Of a DNA stretch of 64,000 nt, positions 17,554 to 26,120 are shown piece after piece. Within the stretch, counting starts at the first letter, position 1, and every line of letters starts with the position of its first letter. The notes below the pieces were generated by a model. It did not search any database, was not told where the DNA came from, and saw nothing but the letters and a program-made list of their open reading frames with translations. This stretch comes from an uncultured Thermoleophilia bacterium (GTDB taxonomy: Bacteria > Actinomycetota > Thermoleophilia > Solirubrobacterales > 70-9), in contig CAWJDP010000001.1 in the NCBI GenBank assembly GCA_963841715.1, positions 340,045-404,044 on the forward strand. Reading direction: 5' to 3'. Made by a program: the position numbers and the translations under genes.

Positions 17554-19299
17554 ATGAGACGCAGATCTGCTGAACGCAACCAGCTCCCAGCCCGGCCACG
17601 GGGCCCGGCGGCGACCGTGATTGCGATCGCCGGGCTCGTGCTGGCGGTGATGCTCGCGGAGACGGTCGGCGCGGCGCTCGACGTGGCGGGAGCCACCGAG
17701 TCGCCCCTTTCGCCGCTGTGTGCTGAGGCGACCGCGGTCGCCGGCGATGCGGTGGACCCTCTCGACCCGCGGCAGGCCGAGGACGCCGCGCCAGCCGCGG
17801 CGCTCGCGCCGCCCCCGCGCGACATCGACCACCGCACCCTGACCCCGGTGCGACCGGCGCTCGAGCGCGCGAAGCGCGATCGGCTCGCGATCACAGGCTC
17901 GCGGGTGAACGGTGCGCTCGCTTCCGAGCCCGCCGGGGGCGTCGCGCTCGATCGCGTCGCGTGCATGGAGCCGTTGCAGACGACCGCGGACGAGACGCCG
18001 GCGACGATCGTCAACGGCGCCGTCGCGCTGCACGCGAACTCGGCCCCCGACACCGACACGATCGTCCGTCCGACCGCGAACGGGGTCAGCGTCGTCGAGA
18101 GCCGCCGCGGCGAGGCGGCGCCGACGAGCTTCAGCTGGAAGCTCGGCCTTCCGCACGGAGCGCGCCTGCGCCCGCTCCCGAACGGCGCGGTCGCGATCGA
18201 GGGTCCGGCCGCGCCCGAGCCGACGGCGGTCGCCACGCCCGCGGTCCTCGGCGCCTCGCAGGGATCGGATTCGGAGGCGGGAGGTGACGGGGCGGAGGCG
18301 AAGCTGACCCCGACCGGCTCCGACCAGCTGACGCTCAGCTCTCCACCCGACGCGAAGGGTGTCGCGGTGACGCTGAAGGCGAAGCGGCGCAAGCGCCGTG
18401 GGCCGCGGCCACCGCGGTACGCGAAGGCCTATCCGATGGTCGGGATAAGCGGCAACCTCTCAACGGAGGCGTCGAACGCCGCGTGCAGCTTCGCGCACGG
18501 CCAGCCGAAGGGCGGCCGGCTGATGCTGCTCAACTTCGGCCAGGCGCACGTCAAGGACGGGGTCTTCGGTGCGGGGCGCCGGCCGTTCAACTCGAACGAC
18601 GAGATCCTCGCGGCCCTGAACGCCGCGGCGCACAGCTACCGGCAGGGCGGATGCCACAAGCGCGGTCACCGGGCGACGATCGCGTATGGGACGGGGAACT
18701 ACAAGCTCTCTCGCGACGGCAACGACGGTGGGAGGATGTCGAAGCACCTCGCAGGCGAGGTCGGGACGGCGCAGCTGCACGTCGCGCGTGCGATAAAGCA
18801 CGGCAAGCGGGACAGCGCCGCGGTCGCGGGCGACCTCGAGCCGCAATGGGATCCGGGGCAGAAGGGCGTCGGGGCCGCGAAGGCGCTTGCGCACGGGGCT
18901 TCGACCGGACATCTCACCTACTTCGACTTCGGCTCCGCTGGGCACTGCCCGCCGTATCGCGGCCCGGCGCGCGGCTGCCGGAAGTGGGGGTACAAGAACC
19001 TCGGCAAGATCTCCCAGAAGCACCGGGCGGTCGCCCTGCCGCAGGTCTACCACGCCTTCCAGGCCAAGCAGTGGAGCCGGGTCCGGCGGGCGTGGGACCG
19101 CCGCAAGACCACCCGCCGCCACTGTCGGCACCACCGCACCGGAAGCTGCTTCTCGTTCGCGGGCGCGCTCGCGGAGCCGAGGGCGTGCGGCGCTCAGCTG
19201 ACGCCGACGCGGAGCTGGAGGCACCTGTGGAAGCACAACCGAAACGGCTCCGTGGGGCGCAAGCTGATCCTCTACAACCCGCACAAGGTCAACTGCTGA
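17554..19299 (+). CDS. Hypothetical membrane-anchored/secreted protein (about 581 aa) with a basic, Cys/His/Trp-rich C-terminal domain
   Basis: Strong GC3 bias in this frame. The N-terminus is MRRRSAERNQ...VIAIAGLVLAVMLA (signal anchor). The central part is Ala/Pro-rich, followed by the linker KAKRRKRRGPRPPR and then a ~300-aa domain with no motif I recognise. Confidence 0.7.
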   Translation: MRRRSAERNQLPARPRGPAATVIAIAGLVLAVMLAETVGAALDVAGATESPLSPLCAEATAVAGDAVDPLDPRQAEDAAPAAALAPPPRDIDHRTLTPVRPALERAKRDRLAITGSRVNGALASEPAGGVALDRVACMEPLQTTADETPATIVNGAVALHANSAPDTDTIVRPTANGVSVVESRRGEAAPTSFSWKLGLPHGARLRPLPNGAVAIEGPAAPEPTAVATPAVLGASQGSDSEAGGDGAEAKLTPTGSDQLTLSSPPDAKGVAVTLKAKRRKRRGPRPPRYAKAYPMVGISGNLSTEASNAACSFAHGQPKGGRLMLLNFGQAHVKDGVFGAGRRPFNSNDEILAALNAAAHSYRQGGCHKRGHRATIAYGTGNYKLSRDGNDGGRMSKHLAGEVGTAQLHVARAIKHGKRDSAAVAGDLEPQWDPGQKGVGAAKALAHGASTGHLTYFDFGSAGHCPPYRGPARGCRKWGYKNLGKISQKHRAVALPQVYHAFQAKQWSRVRRAWDRRKTTRRHCRHHRTGSCFSFAGALAEPRACGAQLTPTRSWRHLWKHNRNGSVGRKLILYNPHKVNC

Positions 19300-19447
19300 G
19301 CCGGCCGATCGGGGCCGCAGCCTGCACTCCGATCATCGGCGGCGCGGATCGGCTCGCGGCACGCTGACTCGGGAGGTGCCGCGATGAAAGAATCACTCGA
19401 GTGTCGGCCCTCGGCCCCGATTCCCCGCTGCCGCTGATTTCGCCGCG

Positions 19448-20739
19448 ATGAGCACCGTCGTGTTCTTTCCCGAGGGCGCCTTCGGCCCGACGAACAATTG
19501 CGTCGGGATCGGTGACGTCCTGCGCCGCCACGGGCACCGGGTCGTCTTCATAATCGAGGAGTCGTTCGCCGGCACGCTCGAGGAGAAGGGATTCGAGGAG
19601 CGGCTGATGCGACTCGCCCCACCCCCGAGCATGAGGAGGAGCCCGGGCAGTTCTGGAAGGACTTCATTCGCGAAACCGCGCCGGTGTTCCGCAAGAGCAG
19701 CTTCGAGCAGCTCTCCGAGTTCATAGTGCCGACGTGGGAGGCGCTGCTCGACGGGGCGCGCTACGTAGACGATCGCCTGCGGGAGATATTCGACGAGCTG
19801 CGCCCCGACGCGATCGTCGAGGACAACGTGTGCGCGTTCCCGGCGATTCCGGCGAGCGGCATTCCGTGGGTTCGGATCGTCTCGTGCAACCCACTCGAGC
19901 TCAAGGACCCCGACCTCGCACCAACGTTCTCGGGCCTCCCGGCCGACGACCGATCCGGGTGGGACGCGTTTCGCGACGAGTACCGGCGCGCGAGCCGCGA
20001 GCTGTGGGAGGGCTTCGACGCATACTGCCGCGAGCGCGGCGCGCCTGCGCTGCCCGAGGGAGAGTTCATCCACTCCTCGTCGTTCCTCAACCTCTACATC
20101 TACCCCGACGAGATCGACTATCCGCGAGCCCGGCCGCTCGACGCGACGTGGCACAACCTCGGCTCGAGCGTGCGCACAACCGATCCGCCGTTCTCGCTCC
20201 CGGCCGAGCTCGACGGGGGCGACGGGTCGCTGATCTACCTCAGCCTCGGCTCGCTCGGCTCCGGCGACGTGCCGTTGATGGAGCAGCTGGTCGAGGTTCT
20301 AGGCGCGACCCCGCACCGGTTCATCGTCTCGAAGGGGCCCCAGCACGCCGAGTACGAGCTCGCCGGCAACATGGCGGGCGAGGAGTTCCTTCCCCAGACG
20401 TCGCTGCTTCCCGACGTCGACCTCGCGATCACCCACGGCGGCAACAACACGGTCACCGAGTGCCTCCACTTCGGCGTGCCGACGATCGTGTTGCCGCTGT
20501 TCTGGGATCAGCATGACAATGCGCAGCGGATCGACGAGACAGGCTGCGGCGTGCGGCTGCCGACGTACACGTTCGAGCCCGAGGCGATGAGCGCGGCGAT
20601 CGACCGCTTGACCGCCGACCACGCGCTCGCCTCGCGGCTCGACACGATCTCCGCGGGCCTCCGGGCAAGGCCGGGGAACCAGCGCGCGGCAGAGCTGATC
20701 GCACGCCTCGCCGAGACGGGAGAAGCGGTCGCGCGCTGA
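19448..20739 (+). pseudogene. GT1-family UDP-glycosyltransferase (MGT/UGT-like) with a single frame break
   Basis: The N-terminal 60 aa are in ORF 19448..19726 and the rest in ORF 19684..20739. The frames join at ...RLMRLAPPP/EHEEEPGQFWKDF within the C-run at 19617..19626. The C-terminal signature THGGNNTVTECLHFGVPTIVLPLFWDQHDNAQR is intact. Confidence 0.75.
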
Positions 20740-20750
20740 CGGTGGGCGTG

Positions 20751-21110
20751 CTACTCGAGCCGCCGCGTGTCCTCGTCGGAGTAGGGCGGCGAGCAGCAGC
20801 AGTAGAGGACCAGTGGGTCCGGTCCGGTGCTCCAGAGCTTGTGGCGCGTGCCGGGCGGGATCACCGCCGCCTGGCCGGCCCTGACCTCGAACAGCTCATC
20901 CCCGAGCCGCATCCGTCCGGTCCCGGAGACGAAGAGATAGATCTCCTCGCTTTGGCGGTGGAGGTGCTCAAGCGTCTCTGAGCCGGGATCGACGCTGGCC
21001 TGCGCGAGCGACTGATTGCGCGCGCCCGAGTCTGTCTGCGCGATCTCACGCACGGTCGAGCCGTCCGCGGCTGTGAAGGCCCCTGCCTCGTCGATCTCCC
21101 TCGGCTCCAT
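20751..21110 (-). CDS. Cupin-domain protein
   Basis: 119 aa with two-motif cupin core spacing (HLHRQSEEIYLFVSGTGRM...IPPGTRHKLW). Confidence 0.8.
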   Translation of the reverse strand: MEPREIDEAGAFTAADGSTVREIAQTDSGARNQSLAQASVDPGSETLEHLHRQSEEIYLFVSGTGRMRLGDELFEVRAGQAAVIPPGTRHKLWSTGPDPLVLYCCCSPPYSDEDTRRLE

Positions 21111-21461
21111 CGTCCCAGCCTATGGCCCGTCCGGCGCCGGCGTCCGGCGGATTGCCGGAGTACGCGATGAAGCTCTCCGGGGCCGCGGTTTCCGGACGTC
21201 GGGGAGGTCGTGATCAAGGCGCCGCTCGGCGAGGCCGACCTCAAGCAGGGGGCAAGAAGCAGCTGATCTTCGACGGGACCACGTTCCATGTCATGGCCCT
21301 GTTCGGCGAGCACGCCGACGCCCTCTACGACTTACGTCAGCCGGTCGAGCGGCTCGTACGGCCGCCGCCCTACGGCTCGAGCCCGAGGCGAAGCCGGGGA
21401 CGCGGACCCCCGGGGCGGAGCCGGACATGGGCGCGACCCGAGCCCGATGGCTGGCTCGACG

Positions 21462-22139
21462 CTAGCGCCCACCGAGCAGCGAGGCGACGGTGCTGATCGT
21501 CACCGCGAGGATCCCGGTCCCGAACACGTACGAGAGCAGCGCGTGATGCAGGGCGACGCGGCGCACGCGCTTGCCGCCGATGTCGGTGTCCGAGACCTGG
21601 AACGTCATCCCGATCGTCAGCGCGAGGTAGGCGAAGTCCCCGTAGTCGGGCGCCTCGTCACCGAAGTCGATTCCGCCCTCCGGCCGGCTGTAGTAGAGGC
21701 GCGCGTAGCGGAGCGTGAACACGGTGTGGATCGAGGCCCACGCGAGCACGACGCTGGCGAGCGCGAAAGCCGTCAGCACGCCCCGCTCGGGCGCGTCCGC
21801 GCGACCAGCCTCGCCGAGCGTGAAAGCGACGGCGACGAGGCTCGCCGCGCCGGCCCCGATCAGGATCGCCTCCGCGGCGGCGCGCGAGGCGTCCTCGGTG
21901 AGCGCGATGCGCGAGGTCGCCTCCGCGTCGGCGTCCCACACGGTCGCCCACACCCAGCCGATGAACACCGCGGCGGCGACGTCCGAGGCGCACAGCGCCG
22001 CCACCGACAACGACGTCCCGGCGCCGAGCGCGATCCCCGCGGCGACGATGCCGCCGACCCCGCCGACGAGCACGCGCCGCGCCGCGAGCCCGTGGTTCGC
22101 TGGGACTGCATCGGTGTCCGCGGACGGCGCGTCGGTCAC
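21462..22139 (-). CDS. DUF1345-like integral membrane protein
   Basis: The GTG at 22139 overlaps the stop of the upstream gene (GTGA). The protein has four or more hydrophobic spans and the C-terminal motif YGDFAYLALTIGMTFQVSD, which I associate with DUF1345. The longer 366-aa ORF upstream is Arg/Pro-rich junk. Confidence 0.6.
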   Translation of the reverse strand: MTDAPSADTDAVPANHGLAARRVLVGGVGGIVAAGIALGAGTSLSVAALCASDVAAAVFIGWVWATVWDADAEATSRIALTEDASRAAAEAILIGAGAASLVAVAFTLGEAGRADAPERGVLTAFALASVVLAWASIHTVFTLRYARLYYSRPEGGIDFGDEAPDYGDFAYLALTIGMTFQVSDTDIGGKRVRRVALHHALLSYVFGTGILAVTISTVASLLGGR

Positions 22140-22630
22140 TGTCCCGGCGCCCCTCCGATCCCGGCGCGGTCGACGAGGAAGCGGTTCAGCCGCCGCTCGT
22201 AACGCGGCGGGTCGACGTTCCACGACTGGACGTGGCCCGCCCCCTCGACGGGGTAGAAGGTCACCCGCGTCGGCAGCTCCTCGGCGAACCGCTTGCTGTC
22301 GCCGAACGGGACCGTGTCGTAGTCGGTGCCGTGGAAGAGCAGAATCGGGTGGCCGATTCCCGTGTCGAGGCCGAAGACCCCGTCGCGCTCCGTCGCCTCG
22401 CTCGGCTCGAGCCTCACGGTGCGGGGCTCGGCGGCGCTCGCCGGGCGCGCCTTCAGGACCTCGACGCTGAGGTCCGGCGGCGGCACGGCGCGGCCGAGCA
22501 GGTCGGAAGAGAAGTAGTAGCCGATCCCGGCGAGGAGCACGACGACGAGCGCGAGCACGCACGCACCGCCGACGATCCCCCTGCGGATCCAGGGATCAAG
22601 CCCGCGCCACCAGGTCCTCGCGCCCCTCAC
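22136..22630 (-). CDS. Membrane-anchored alpha/beta-hydrolase remnant lacking the nucleophile core
   Basis: GTG start at 22630; ATG 22783 would overlap the divergent gene. A TM anchor is followed directly by the C-terminal module PILLFHGTDYDTVPF...GAGHVQSWNVDPPRYE. No GxSxG segment is present. Confidence 0.5.
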   Translation of the reverse strand: MRGARTWWRGLDPWIRRGIVGGACVLALVVVLLAGIGYYFSSDLLGRAVPPPDLSVEVLKARPASAAEPRTVRLEPSEATERDGVFGLDTGIGHPILLFHGTDYDTVPFGDSKRFAEELPTRVTFYPVEGAGHVQSWNVDPPRYERRLNRFLVDRAGIGGAPGQ

Positions 22631-22706
22631 GTGCGCAGCGTATCCGCACTCGTCGTAGAGTCCTCGCTCCGACGCGTGACGCCAAGCAAACCACGGAGGT
22701 ATTCCG

Positions 22707-23549
22707 ATGGGGACGATCACAGACGCCGAGAGGCAGCAGATCGAGCGGGCCAACTCATCGGGCGGCACGCCCGTCGTCTTCATCCACGGGCTCTGGCTGC
22801 TGCCGAGCAGCTGGGAGCGGTGGGGGAAGGTGTTCGAGGACGCCGGCTACGCCGTGCTGACGCCGGGTTGGCCCGACGATCCCCCGACGGTCGAGGAGGC
22901 GAGGGCAAATCCCGACGTCTTCGCCGACAAGGGGATCCGCCAGATCGTCGACCACCATCTCGAGGTGATCGGCGAGCTGAATCGGAAGCCGGCCGTGGTC
23001 GGCCACTCATTCGGTGGCCTGTTCACGCAGATCATCGCCGGGCGCGGCAAGAGCGCGGTCTCCGTGGCGATCGATCCGGCGCCCTTCCGCGGCATCCTCG
23101 CGCTGCCGATCTCAACGCTGCGATCGGCGATGCCCGTGCTTCGCAATCCGCTCAACCGCGGCAAGGCGATCGCGCTCACCCTCGACCAGTTCCGATATGG
23201 CTGGGTCAACGCGCTCGACGAGGATGAGGGCAAGCAGCTCTACGAGACCTTCCACGTTGCCGGTCCCGCCGCGCCGCTGTTCGAGGGGGCGAACGCGAAC
23301 CTCAACCCGTGGAGCGATGCGAAGGTCGACACGAGGAGCGGCGATCGCGGGCCGCTGCTGATCATCTCCGGCGAGGAGGACCACACGGTGCCGTGGGCGC
23401 TCTCCAACGGCGCGTACAAGAAGCAGCAGAACAACGGAGACGCGACCGAGATCGAGCAGATTCCCCGCCGGGGCCATTCGCTGACGATCGACAACGGATG
23501 GCGCGAGGTCGCGGACACCGCGCTCGCTTTCGTTCAGCGTTTCGCCTAG
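22707..23549 (+). CDS. Alpha/beta hydrolase
   Basis: 280 aa with PVVFIHGLW, nucleophile elbow GHSFGG and C-terminal RRGHSL. The SD ggagg lies 7 nt upstream. Confidence 0.85.
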   Translation: MGTITDAERQQIERANSSGGTPVVFIHGLWLLPSSWERWGKVFEDAGYAVLTPGWPDDPPTVEEARANPDVFADKGIRQIVDHHLEVIGELNRKPAVVGHSFGGLFTQIIAGRGKSAVSVAIDPAPFRGILALPISTLRSAMPVLRNPLNRGKAIALTLDQFRYGWVNALDEDEGKQLYETFHVAGPAAPLFEGANANLNPWSDAKVDTRSGDRGPLLIISGEEDHTVPWALSNGAYKKQQNNGDATEIEQIPRRGHSLTIDNGWREVADTALAFVQRFA

Positions 23550-23562
23550 GCCTCAGCTGGCG

Positions 23563-24609
23563 CTACGCGGCGGGGGGAGCGGACGCCGCGCCGTGGCGGA
23601 TCAGGCTCTCGCCGGTCTCGGCGATGGTGTCCTCGATCGGCAGCGGCGCCCAGCCGAGGGTGCTCCTCGCCTTCTCGGACGACATCTCCGTGCGCTCGCC
23701 GAGCCCGCCGACAACGGAGCGAATCGCGGGGTCGAACAGCGCCATGCCCCGCACGACCAGGTTCGGGATCGAGCGGGTGGGCACCTTCGAGGCCTCCTCC
23801 CCGAGACGATCGCGGAGGACCGCGCCGATCTCCGACATCCACATGAACTGGTTCACCGCGATGAAGCGCTCGCCCCCGGCCTCGGGCGCCGTCATCGCCA
23901 TCAGCTCGAGACCGGCCACGTCTCGGACGTCGACGAGGCTGAAGCCCAGCTTCGGCATCCCCGGCATGCCCCCGAGCAGCCGCTGCACCGCCTGCAGAGA
24001 GTAGGAGAGGTCGTCGTTCAGCGTCGGTCCGATGATCGCGCCCGGGTTGACGACCGCGAGGCGATCCTCGTCGCCGCGCTCGCGAACCAGGTCCCAGGCC
24101 GCCCGCTCGGCGATCGTCTTCGAGCGAGCGTACGGCGTGAGCCCCGGGCTGTCGGGGTCCGTCCAGTCGTTCTCGTCGAGTGGGCGCGCGGCGTTCGGCT
24201 CGCTGAGCCTGATCGCCGCGACCGAAGACGTGAGGACGACCCGCTTCACCCCGGCGTCCAAGCTCGCGCGGAGGACGCGGAGGGTTCCCTCGCGGGCGGG
24301 CACGATCAGCTCATCAGGGTCCTTTGGCTGCTCGGGCGGGAACGGCGAGGCGACATGGAGGACGTAGTCGCAGCCCTCGACCGCTTCAGGCCAGCCCTCG
24401 TCGCGGCTGAGATCTGCGGCGAGAACAGTGAGCCGGTCGCCGGGGTCAACCTCGGAGCCGACCGTGGCTCGCACATCGGCTTCCCGGGAGAGGCTGCGAA
24501 CAGTCGTCCGCAGCGTGTAGCCGCGGCGCAGGGCCTCGACCACGCACCGACCGCCGAGGAAGCCGGAGCCACCGGTGACCAGAACCGTCTGACCGCGATC
24601 TTCAGCCAT
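23563..24609 (-). CDS. NAD(P)-dependent epimerase/dehydratase-type SDR (aldehyde/flavonol-reductase-like)
   Basis: Start is ATG 24609 (MAEDRGQTVLVTGGSGFLGG). Has a Rossmann TGxxGxxG motif and catalytic YxxxK (PYARSK). The upstream part of ORF 23563..24972 overlaps the VOC gene out of frame. Confidence 0.85.
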   Translation of the reverse strand: MAEDRGQTVLVTGGSGFLGGRCVVEALRRGYTLRTTVRSLSREADVRATVGSEVDPGDRLTVLAADLSRDEGWPEAVEGCDYVLHVASPFPPEQPKDPDELIVPAREGTLRVLRASLDAGVKRVVLTSSVAAIRLSEPNAARPLDENDWTDPDSPGLTPYARSKTIAERAAWDLVRERGDEDRLAVVNPGAIIGPTLNDDLSYSLQAVQRLLGGMPGMPKLGFSLVDVRDVAGLELMAMTAPEAGGERFIAVNQFMWMSEIGAVLRDRLGEEASKVPTRSIPNLVVRGMALFDPAIRSVVGGLGERTEMSSEKARSTLGWAPLPIEDTIAETGESLIRHGAASAPPAA

Positions 24610-24623
24610 CGCCGGACGGAACC

Positions 24624-25040
24624 CTAATCGCCCGACGAGGGCCGGTAGGTGCCGAAGCTCCACAGGTATCCCTCGGGGTCGCGGGCGGAGTAGTCGCGCC
24701 CTCCGTAGTCCTGGTCGACGGGCTCGCGGAGGATCTCCGCGCCGGCGGCCCGGGCGCGCTCGCAGTGGGCGTCGGGGTCGGCGACGATCACGTAGGTCCC
24801 CCCGGTCGCGCCGCCAAGCCGCCCCGGGGCCTTGCTCGGCCAATCGTCGCCCTCGCGCGCCGAGCCGAGCATGATCATCCCCGAGCCGACGCGGAGCTGA
24901 GCGTGGGCGATCGTACCGTCGCCACCGTCGACGACCATGTGCCGCTCGAAGCCGAACGCGCGCTCGAGCCAATCGATCGCCGCCCCCGCGTCCTCATAGC
25001 GCAGGGTCGGGATCACATCGGGAGCCTCCCAGTCGACCAT
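24624..25040 (-). CDS. Glyoxalase/bleomycin-resistance (VOC) family protein
   Basis: 138 aa with paired beta-alpha-beta-beta-beta pattern and a C-terminal DPEGYLWSF motif. Confidence 0.8.
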   Translation of the reverse strand: MVDWEAPDVIPTLRYEDAGAAIDWLERAFGFERHMVVDGGDGTIAHAQLRVGSGMIMLGSAREGDDWPSKAPGRLGGATGGTYVIVADPDAHCERARAAGAEILREPVDQDYGGRDYSARDPEGYLWSFGTYRPSSGD

Positions 25041-25051
25041 CGAACGTCAGC

Positions 25052-25450
25052 CTAGCTCGCCTGCGCGAGCGGGTCCGGGTTGCCGAGAATCGAGTTCGTC
25101 GCCGGCTTGTAGACCTCGCCGGGGCAACCTCCGACGACGAGCAGCCTCAGCGCCTCGTCGCCGGTGTACACCTTGCGCTTCGTCCCCGAGCTGACGCGGA
25201 CCATCGAGTCCGGCTCGAGCCTTATCCGCTCGCCCTCGATGTCGATCTCGCCGCTTCCGCTCAGCGCCAGGTAGACCTCCTCCTGGCCGTCCTCGGAGTG
25301 GTCGTGCTCCGGGTAGGCGTCGACATTCGGCGGGATGTCGATCACCGCCATCCCGAACGACTCGACGCCGAGCTCCGCCCGGGCGCGCTTGAACGATCCG
25401 GCGAAGATCGCCTCCATCTCATCGATCCTCTTGACGGCGTAATCAGCCAC
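25052..25450 (-). CDS. Cupin-domain protein
   Basis: 132 aa with the cupin metal motif (YPEHDHSEDGQEEVYLALSGSG). Its start overlaps the TetR stop by 8 nt. Confidence 0.8.
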   Translation of the reverse strand: MADYAVKRIDEMEAIFAGSFKRARAELGVESFGMAVIDIPPNVDAYPEHDHSEDGQEEVYLALSGSGEIDIEGERIRLEPDSMVRVSSGTKRKVYTGDEALRLLVVGGCPGEVYKPATNSILGNPDPLAQAS

Positions 25451-26078
25451 TGCGCCTCCTCCTGGTTGGTGTTGGTTGTCGTCGATTCAGCACCCGATTC
25501 ATCGCACGGCGCCCGCGGGCGATCGCCTCGGGGTCGCAACGAAGCTGGCGCGCCTGGTTGACGCCCATCGCGATCGAGCTGAGCTCGAACGCGATCTGTG
25601 CCGGGTCGGCGTCGGGCGGGAGATCGCCCGCTTCGATCGCCGTCGCCGCGTCCGCCTCGAGCACCGATGCCCAGAGCGCGAGCGCCCCCTCGATCGCCTC
25701 GCGGACCGGGCCCGGGCGCCCGTCGTACTCGGCCGCGGCGGCGGTCAGGAAGCAGCCCCCCGGGAACACGTCCCGCGCGAGGTATGCGAGCCAAGCTTCT
25801 ACGACCGCTCCGAGGCGCGCGATCCCGGGCTCCTCGCCGGCGACGGGCTCCCAGAGCTCGCGCCGGAAGCGCTCGACCGCGCGCCCGACCGCCGCGAGCT
25901 GGAGCTCCCGCTTGGTCCCGAAGTGGCCGATCACGCCGGCCTTGCTCATCCGCAGATCGGCGGCGAGCCGCCCGATCGTCACCGCCTCGAGGCCCTCGCG
26001 CGACGCGGCGGCGACGGTCTCGTCGACGATCGTCGCCCTCGTCGTTTCCGCCTCCGCCGCCGATCGCCGTGGGCTCAT
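25443..26078 (-). CDS. TetR-family transcriptional regulator
   Basis: N-terminal HTH (TIGRLAADLRMSKAGVIGHFGTKRELQLA) and an all-helical C-terminal domain. First gene of the TetR-cupin-VOC-SDR string. Confidence 0.9.
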   Translation of the reverse strand: MSPRRSAAEAETTRATIVDETVAAASREGLEAVTIGRLAADLRMSKAGVIGHFGTKRELQLAAVGRAVERFRRELWEPVAGEEPGIARLGAVVEAWLAYLARDVFPGGCFLTAAAAEYDGRPGPVREAIEGALALWASVLEADAATAIEAGDLPPDADPAQIAFELSSIAMGVNQARQLRCDPEAIARGRRAMNRVLNRRQPTPTRRRRSG

Positions 26079-26086
26079 CGAGCGGC

Positions 26087-26110
26087 AGGTTAGCGAACGA
26101 TCGTTCGCTA
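26087..26110 (-). promoter_or_regulatory. Putative TetR operator (perfect 20-bp palindrome) overlapping a leaderless-type -10 box
   Basis: TAGCGAACGA|TCGTTCGCTA occupies 26091..26110. On the - strand it runs into TAACCT (26092..26087), followed by 8 nt and the tetR ATG at 26078. Confidence 0.6.
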
Positions 26111-26120
26111 TATGGGCCGG

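Noticed and set aside
21122-21496. 124-aa ORF taken at face value as a gene.
   Set aside because: Its N-terminal third is Arg/Gly junk and its 3' end overlaps the DUF1345 gene. Only an internal ~40-codon block looks coding. It is reported instead as a possible gene remnant.
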